From an uncultured delta proteobacterium (GTDB taxonomy: Bacteria > Desulfobacterota > Desulfobacteria > Desulfobacterales > SG8-13): a stretch of DNA of 24,000 nucleotides. Made by a program: the position numbers and the translations under genes. The stretch spans positions 5,787-29,786 of the forward strand of contig CAVRBA010000028.1 in the NCBI GenBank assembly GCA_963719015.1, written 5' to 3'. Shown here one piece after another: positions 18,217 to 24,000 of the stretch; the first letter of the stretch is position 1, and every line of letters starts with the position of its first letter. A model generated the notes under the pieces. That model was given only the letters and a program-made list of their open reading frames with translations. It did not search any database and was not told where the DNA came from.

Positions 18217-18492
18217 TCAGCAGCAAGCCGCCGAATGTTTACCCTTGATCCAGGTCTGAATGATGTAGGCGGCGCATCCAACTCCCGGTGAGACACGAAT
18301 TGCCGCAACCGGACAATTGTTGGCGCAGGCGCCACACTCCATACAACCATTGAAGTCGGCCACGAGAGCCTTTCTTCCTTCCACCACCAGAACGCCATGC
18401 GGACAGACCGCCGCACACATACCGCATCCCACGCAAGCGTCCGCATCGAGGGACAGTGTGGCAACATCAGGAAGATACCTGAAGGTTTTCAT
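18217..18492 (-). CDS. hgcB: HgcB, ferredoxin-like partner of the mercury-methylation corrinoid protein
   Basis: 91 aa from ATG at 18492 (SD AAGGAA): MKTFRYLPDVATLSLDADACVGCGMCAAVCPHG..CMECGACANNCPVAAIRVSPGVGCAAYIIQTWIKGKHSAACC. Two 4Fe-4S motifs, the extra conserved Cys and a terminal CC pair; directly downstream of hgcA. Confidence 0.96.
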   Translation of the reverse strand: MKTFRYLPDVATLSLDADACVGCGMCAAVCPHGVLVVEGRKALVADFNGCMECGACANNCPVAAIRVSPGVGCAAYIIQTWIKGKHSAACC

Positions 18493-18553
18493 CTCATTTC
18501 CTTTCACGGATGGACACGAAACGAACTTATCCAACCGGCAACGGGCCTGACAA

Positions 18554-19804
18554 TCACGCGAAAGCCGCCGCCACCCATATGGTTGCAGCGGAAAGAACGG
18601 CGGCCCCCTGCCAGGGAATCGCTCGGCGCATCTCCTTTTCGACACCCGAAGGCGATGTAAAGGGCGTTGCGCCCGTGAAGTTCATGGATAGAATGGAGCT
18701 GAAAGCAACCGTGCAGATCAACAGAGACAACAGCTCCCACCCGTTGAGGTTGTGCCAAGCGGCCACTGCCAGCGTCACCCCTGATAATACCCCGGTAAAG
18801 AGGCCTTTCAATGCAAAAGCCCGTGCGGGCAGCCAGGGCAGCAGAAGCGGTACGGCAATAGCGCCACCGATGATTCCGGCCGCACAGGCCGCAGTCAGCA
18901 TCAACCCTCTGCGCCAGGCGTCGTCAAAAGAAAATCCGCCCGGGCCGATTCCGGAAAGGATGAATCCAACGACCAACACCCCAACCAGATATTTAGGGAT
19001 CACGGCAAGTTCCACCGGGATCAGAACGAAACGCTCCCTTAGGGAAAAAGTCACCTGACGCATACCGGCATCGGCATTGAGGCCAGATTCCAGAAAACGC
19101 TTTAGATCCTTGGCTCTGACAGGGCCCCATACGATCTCGAATCCACACTCTTTTTTTACACGATGGGCGGCGACACCGGTTGCCGCCAGCTGGGGCAGTA
19201 CAAGCCGCCGGTGTTTGACAAGCCGCTCCAAACCGGCATTCTTGACGCAACGCACCACCTCGGCGGTGGAGAACGTTCCCTTGCCGGCGGCACACCAGAC
19301 ATTGATTCCGCGTGTGTCGAGCACCAGGATCCAGGCGTCGATAGAAGTCAGCTCTCGGCGCAGAATATCGAAGGATAGCTTGTAGTTGGCCGTGACCAAA
19401 ACCGGTGAGTTTTCACTGGGGGTACCGGTACAATACAGCCCGGGAGCAATCAGATAGCTGTTGCGTCCGATGCCGCAACGGACTTTGACACCGGCAAGGA
19501 TATCGGTAGTGTCAAGGACGGTTCTGACCCGTGGAACTTCGCCAACAGATGTCTTTTCGAATTCGGTAACAAAATGCCATAATCGGTATCCCGGCCGCTC
19601 GTAGGGGCTACAGGGCGGGCCGGCGGGTGGACCGCAACAAACGGCCTCATCCGGAGCTTCTCCGGCAGCCTGCAAACGTTCCGACGCTGCACCTGCAGAC
19701 GCGGTTTTTGCTCAGCAGCCGTTAGATAGCGTCTCGACTGCGCCGTCACCGTCGGGGCAAGATTCCACCGCAAGGGCATTTCCATGCGTGCCTTCTTTGT
19801 GCAT
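18554..19804 (-). CDS. hgcA: HgcA, mercury-methylation corrinoid protein (proposed extended frame includes in-frame TGA at 19712-19714; unambiguous ORF is 18554..19675)
   Basis: Cap-helix signature INVWCAAGKGTF (codons at 19280-19303), family start region CCGPPAGPP..PYERPGYRLWHFV, C-terminal TM domain. The upstream ATG at 19804 has an AAGGA SD 8 nt away and is in frame through one TGA. Confidence 0.95.
19681..19714 (-). promoter_or_regulatory. Putative selenocysteine codon (19712-19714) plus bacterial SECIS-like hairpin (19681-19704) within hgcA
   Basis: UGA-GCAAAAACCGCGUCUGCA-GGU-GCAGCGUCGG. CUGC/GCAG stem closes an AGGU loop, with a possible bulged U and GCG/CGU or CCG/CGG lower pairs. The GGU lies 18 nt after the UGA. 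Confidence 0.45.
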
Positions 19805-19825
19805 ATTTTCGATCCTTCTTCCTTC

Positions 19826-19892
19826 ATTCAATGACCTCTGGCAAAGCCGCTATTTAAAACCGTTGTCTCGGGCAACCAACCGGTCAATAAAT
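19826..19892 (+). repeat. Second repeat family, copy R1, immediately upstream of hgcA
   Basis: ATTCAATGACCTCTGGCAAAGCCG...TTTAAAACCGTTGTCTCGGGCAACCAACCGGTCAATAAAT resembles R2 at 22430-22529. Confidence 0.65.
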
Positions 19893-20107
19893 TTTTAATA
19901 ATACATAATAATCATTGTCTCAGGTATATGTTAACTTCTGGGACTGTCATACTTTGGGTGTCTCTCCAGTAACGTAGAGGGGTTACCGATGATTATTATT
20001 CCGCATAGTCATCAAAATACTCTCGAGCGGCGACTTTGCATGATCTCCGAAGAGTGGTGGGAGATCACCGTACTGTGACCCGATATGCGCTTGCGGGCGA
20101 ATGTTAG

Positions 20108-20208
20108 GTGGTTGTCAAAAAATGCTCTGATATTCGATCATTTTTTCTACAACCACTTATACCACCCTTCTGAATTTAGGAATTTATTTTTGATAAACGG
20201 TATAAAGG
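20108..20208 (+). repeat. MITE/REP-like element copy A
   Basis: GTGGTTGTcAAAAAATGctctgatattcgatCATTTTTTctACAACCAC nested inverted repeats, then TTATACC...GGTATAA inverted repeat. Inverted relative to copy B. Confidence 0.9.
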
Positions 20209-20259
20209 GCGGATTCGGCGTTAAAAAATCGTCAGACCTTATGCGCTGGAGTCAAGATG

Positions 20260-21309
20260 TCATTTTTTTTTGGACTTGATTTCCAGGTCATCGCCGGAAT
20301 ATCCAAAAGCGGTCAGGATGGAGTGGGCGACCTTGACGGTGTCTTCTGGGCTTAGATGGGTTTCCACTAAGATATTGGTGCCTTCGATATTGACCGGAAG
20401 CCGCAATTCATCGGGGTCTTCTCTAAAGTAATACTTGTTGTCCACCGAATGCCAAAGCAGTCTCTCGACGTCCTGGTCGTGCTTCTTAATCAAAACTTCA
20501 CACAGTTTAAGAAGAAATTGGTCCCAGGCTTCCACCTTGAAAGAGTCTTCTGCGAAGGTAAATGCGTTGATAACTTGCCCTTTGTAGGTTTGGGGGTTCG
20601 GAAAAGACGCCTTTTCCTGTTCGGCGGCCTCTTCGACGGCTCCGGCTTGGCCGAGTTCTGTCAAAAACTCGGCGATCATTTTTTTATCGGGCTTGTAACC
20701 GCACAATTTTTCGACAGTATCACTGAAAAGATTAACCAGTTTCTCGTGGGGCTCGGAAATAATCTGGTTCCAGGCCTTTCCCATCGATTTTTGTATGAGT
20801 TTGCGTTGGCGTTTGGTCTGAATCGATTCGGCAATCTTAAGGGCTTTGCCCTTGGCCACATTGTCCTTTTCAAGCAGTTCGATTAGTCGGGTCGCCACTT
20901 CCTTGGACGGTTGTTTCAAAAGATCGAAGGCACAAAATCTTTTCTGCTCAAACGACCCTTCGCTGAAAGAAAGATAGAACCACCACCTTACCCCGTCGGT
21001 CAATACGGCCAGCTTTGCGCCTTCATTGAGAGCCGAGCCGAGCAGTTCCTTCTGGCAACCTTTGAGATCCTCACCGACTTTTTCCACACCGATAAAGACG
21101 GTGTCGATATTGCTCGTTCGCAATGCGAAATCGATTAGAGAAGATTTTACAGAGTGATCCGGTTTGACTTCATCGACATCGAAAATATCCCATCCCAGAA
21201 GGGACAACAACCGGATGACAATGGCCTGCTTTGTGGAGGCTTTGTCGAATGTGCTGAGTCTTTTGTTCGTTTTCAGCGTTTCGAAAAAGGCGATGATTTG
21301 TTTTTCCAT
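20260..21309 (-). CDS. Orphan protein with type I restriction enzyme R-subunit N-terminal-like (HSDR_N) domain
   Basis: 349 aa; 'TKQAIVIRLLSLLGWDIFDVDEVKPDHSVKSSLIDFALR..VFIGVEKVGEDLKGCQKELLGSALNEGAKLAVLTDGVRWWFYL'. No helicase motor follows. Confidence 0.75.
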   Translation of the reverse strand: MEKQIIAFFETLKTNKRLSTFDKASTKQAIVIRLLSLLGWDIFDVDEVKPDHSVKSSLIDFALRTSNIDTVFIGVEKVGEDLKGCQKELLGSALNEGAKLAVLTDGVRWWFYLSFSEGSFEQKRFCAFDLLKQPSKEVATRLIELLEKDNVAKGKALKIAESIQTKRQRKLIQKSMGKAWNQIISEPHEKLVNLFSDTVEKLCGYKPDKKMIAEFLTELGQAGAVEEAAEQEKASFPNPQTYKGQVINAFTFAEDSFKVEAWDQFLLKLCEVLIKKHDQDVERLLWHSVDNKYYFREDPDELRLPVNIEGTNILVETHLSPEDTVKVAHSILTAFGYSGDDLEIKSKKK

Positions 21310-21564
21310 GAAAGTATTTTAGTCAATTTTCCTTAGAAAATCAATCAGTTTTTAAATATTAACACCCGCCTGCCGCTCAAATTCAAGCGCTGGACTTGCA
21401 AACGGAGCCGTATCGAACACGTTCAAACATGAAATTGCTCCTTTGCCTTGAGGCCATCGTTTTAACGAAGAGTCCATCGGTAATCTGAAAGTGAATTGTG
21501 TTTCGAATCGGACAACGCATTTCCGGGTCAACCGGTTGCGAACACCCGATGACAAGTAGACGGA

Positions 21565-22410
21565 TTACCCCTGGAGTTGATAAAGGATGGCAGTAACGAC
21601 CGCATATCCGAGGACAGCGATGGAGACACTGACGCAGCAACCGGCCAGAAGCCTGTGAGCCTGACTTTCCCGCCTCTTTTCCTGATAGCCCAAAAGAGCA
21701 CCGAGTAACGCACCGGCAATGCCGCCGCCGATATGCCCCCAGCTATCAATGACCGGTATAATGAGGCCGAATATGATTAGCCCGATCGCCCACGCACCGA
21801 CCTGGCGGTAGATCGCCTGACCGTAGACCCCGCCGCGGCTCTTACCGTAATACAGGACGGCCCCGATCAGGCTGCAAACCGCTGCCGAGGCGCCGATGGT
21901 ATAATCATTACCTGCAAGGTAAGATACCAGAAAACCGGCCGTCCCCCCGACGGTGTAGATGATGAACATCCGGTAGGTGCCGAATTCTCTCACAGCGAGC
22001 GAAGCGAGTTGCGTAAAAGCGACCATGTTGAAAAAAATGTGCAGAATGCCGCCGTGCAAATAATTGGCTGACAGCAGGCTCCACCACCGCCCGTATTCGT
22101 CAATAGGGACCGTGCCGGTCATTCCCAGTAAAAGCAGACTTTTAATATCCGGCGACAAGAATACCAACGGGTTCATCGACAGCCCGATGCGGCTAGAACT
22201 GAGCAAAAGGGAAAGGAGAAAGAGACCGACATTTACCGCCACCACACCGCGGATGAGGCGATCCGAATGTTTCAGTCCGATGGCACTCGAAAAACGGTTC
22301 CAGAAAGAAGCGGGTCGCTTGAGAGCGCAGTAAGGGCATCGCGGTTCGCTTCGACTGATAAGCTTCCCGCAGTTGGGGCACAACATCGACTGCCGCTGGT
22401 TGGCGTTCAC
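21565..22410 (-). CDS. Rhomboid family intramembrane serine protease with N-terminal zinc ribbon
   Basis: 281 aa; CPNCG..CPYC ribbon; 'ANYLHGGILHIFFNMVAFTQLA', catalytic 'YTIGASAAVCSLIGAVLYY', His motif 'SWGHIGGGIAGALLG'. Confidence 0.93.
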   Translation of the reverse strand: MNANQRQSMLCPNCGKLISRSEPRCPYCALKRPASFWNRFSSAIGLKHSDRLIRGVVAVNVGLFLLSLLLSSSRIGLSMNPLVFLSPDIKSLLLLGMTGTVPIDEYGRWWSLLSANYLHGGILHIFFNMVAFTQLASLAVREFGTYRMFIIYTVGGTAGFLVSYLAGNDYTIGASAAVCSLIGAVLYYGKSRGGVYGQAIYRQVGAWAIGLIIFGLIIPVIDSWGHIGGGIAGALLGALLGYQEKRRESQAHRLLAGCCVSVSIAVLGYAVVTAILYQLQG

Positions 22411-22429
22411 TCGTTATCCTGATGCTGGA

Positions 22430-22529
22430 ATTCAATGACCTCCGGCAAAGCCGGAGCAATGGCTTGTGAGCTGCGCAATGCCGGTCTTTAAGAACCATTA
22501 TTTCAGGCAATCAGCCGCGGTCATTGAAT
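22430..22529. repeat. 100-bp element R2 with perfect 11-bp terminal inverted repeats
   Basis: ATTCAATGACC (22430-22440) ... GGTCATTGAAT (22519-22529); internal CTCCGGC-AAA-GCCGGAG hairpin; similar to R1. Confidence 0.8.
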
Positions 22530-22778
22530 GAAGATTATTATACGATAGCACGTCATCCGGCATGCCGTCACACCGTCGGTTGACCCGCCGGGTCAATGAT
22601 AACGCAATACAAAAGGGTGGCCGCTGGACCACCCCTAAATGAGGCTGAATCAATTAAAAAAATATTGCATAGAAAATAATACCGCCAAAGACGCGATCAT
22701 GCAAGCCGCATGCCCTTCGATTGCCGGTCCGAGAGAGTTCGATATCAAGCCATTTTTTTATTAAATTGCCTCCCGGAT

Positions 22779-23255
22779 TTATTTGGGATGACACTCGATA
22801 CAGCCCGATGGGCCGCTGGAAGGCAGCGCTTCGTCCAGCACCTGGTATGATTTTGCAGTGGCCAGGTTCTTGGCGCGGATATCCTTGTGGCACCCGATAC
22901 AGGACTTATGAAAGGCATATTTAAAGTACTTGATCGACACGTCGGAGTAAGAAAGGTAATTATTGGATGTTTTCGGCGCACTGGTTAGATCATGGCAACC
23001 GCTGGTCATGCATCCTTGAATCTTCTCGTCACCCTCCCATGTGTGGTGGCACTGTTTGCAATCGCTTGCGAAATGCCTTGCATGGGGGAATTCGACCGCG
23101 CTCTTTTGTGGGCTGACCCCTTCCGGCGGGCTGAGCGTTATCACGCCCATTGGAACACACATCTCTTCTACAGCGTCCTGCCCGAAAACATTGAGAGTCA
23201 ATCCGAACATGATAATCAACACCGCGCACAACAACCCCATTGCTTTGGCCTGCAT
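22779..23255 (-). CDS. Secreted multiheme cytochrome c (class III / c3-like, four heme motifs)
   Basis: 158 aa from ATG 23255 with signal peptide; CKQCH, CMTSGCH (CX4CH), CIGCH, CIECH and HARH/H ligands. Confidence 0.88.
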   Translation of the reverse strand: MQAKAMGLLCAVLIIMFGLTLNVFGQDAVEEMCVPMGVITLSPPEGVSPQKSAVEFPHARHFASDCKQCHHTWEGDEKIQGCMTSGCHDLTSAPKTSNNYLSYSDVSIKYFKYAFHKSCIGCHKDIRAKNLATAKSYQVLDEALPSSGPSGCIECHPK

Positions 23256-23664
23256 TGTCAATCCCCCTTTGATTCGTGATACTGCGCCGATCAACCGTAT
23301 ATGCGTTACTAAAAGGTAATTGATACCCACCCGATTTGTGTGCTGTATGAATGCAATAGAATAGGAAAAATTTCAACCAAAAAATTGGATTTCAGCTCAC
23401 AAAAGCCGTCCAATCCTTCCTGGTCAGCGTCAGAATTACTATGGGTTTGACAGGTAGAACCATTTTTACTAACAATAGTTACTCCGGCTGAGTCATCGTT
23501 GCAGGTGGGTTCAGCCAATTATCCAATAACCGGACCCATAGATACCGGGGCGACCCTCCTGATTCTGAGGCCAATTTCGACCCGGTGCCGCTGCGCGTCT
23601 GTGGGACGTAAGCCAACTCGATCAGCCAACCGCCATCCACCATTCTGAAAGGAACGAAGGTTGC

Positions 23665-24000
23665 ATGACGATAGATGTTAAAACTCCAGCGAAACCACCG
23701 CTGACCGAAAAGCTGATTAGCTTGGGGATTCTCTCGGCACTGGCCCTTATTGCTGTCAGTATCTTTAAGGTTCAATCCGATTTCAATCCCGCTGTCGTCC
23801 AGCTTTATTCTGAACCGACAGTGAACAGCTCGTCACCCCCGGCTTTGTCGGCGCCAGCGGCAATGATGCCCCTGCCCAAAGGATTTACGACATTGACACC
23901 GCCTGAAACCTTCGAAGCTCGCTCACTGTCCGACAAGATCAACGGCAAAGCGGAGCTGTATTTATCTGCGGGTTTCAAGCGGTTGCAAAGCCAGCGGTTG
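23665..24000 (+). CDS. Partial CDS at the right edge: membrane-anchored protein with Pro/Ala-rich linker, function unknown
   Basis: Open from ATG 23665 to the window end: MTIDVKTPAKPPLTEKLISLGILSALALIAVSIFKVQSDFNPAVVQLYSEP..FTTLTPPETFEARSLSDKINGKAELYLSAGFKRLQSQRL. Not in the ORF track because it is open-ended. Confidence 0.7.
   Translation, partial: MTIDVKTPAKPPLTEKLISLGILSALALIAVSIFKVQSDFNPAVVQLYSEPTVNSSSPPALSAPAAMMPLPKGFTTLTPPETFEARSLSDKINGKAELYLSAGFKRLQSQRL

Noticed and set aside
18185-18219. The hgcB stop is also a TGA after Cys-Cys (..SAACC-TGA-TPFPLSF-TAG), hinting at a second Sec
   Set aside because: HgcB proteins normally end at or just after the CC pair, and no GGU-loop hairpin is evident after this TGA. 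Treated as an ordinary stop.
19450-19827. ORF 19450..19827 (-) as an alternative N-terminus or separate gene
   Set aside because: It runs in another frame through known HgcA coding sequence. The HgcA-frame extension with TGA has its own SD and better coding character.
1-24000. CRISPR arrays, complete IS elements, integrases, or rRNA genes
   Set aside because: No regularly spaced direct repeats, no transposase/integrase motifs and no rRNA signatures were seen in the window.

Overview
GC-moderate chromosomal window with the gene complement of a sulfate-reducer-like Deltaproteobacterium (Desulfobacterales-like; taxonomy inferred from gene content only). From left to right it holds: an AT-rich stretch ending at tRNA-Glu(CTC); a PLDc_N-type small membrane protein and MltB-like transglycosylase; radA; rlmE; yebC; nadA; lolA; a conserved hypothetical; a zinc-ribbon/thioredoxin fusion; a ZraSR-like sigma54 two-component system whose kinase is split by a +1 frame change; small membrane proteins; a LUD-domain gene, also split by a +1 frame change; a TPP riboswitch with thiM-thiE-thiL-thiD; the mercury-methylation pair hgcA-hgcB on the minus strand; an orphan type I restriction HsdR_N-like protein; a zinc-ribbon rhomboid protease; a tetraheme cytochrome c3-like protein; and a partial CDS at the right edge. 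The most interesting signal is at the 5' end of hgcA. The reading frame extends upstream through one in-frame TGA (19712-19714) to an ATG with a good Shine-Dalgarno. That TGA follows a Cys codon and is followed at fixed spacing (18 nt) by a small hairpin with an AGGU apical loop, like a bacterial SECIS element. This makes a selenocysteine-containing HgcA N-terminus a testable hypothesis. hgcAB is also flanked by two ~100-bp imperfect inverted copies of a MITE/REP-like element with covarying hairpin arms. At least two other small palindromic repeat families occur in intergenic regions.
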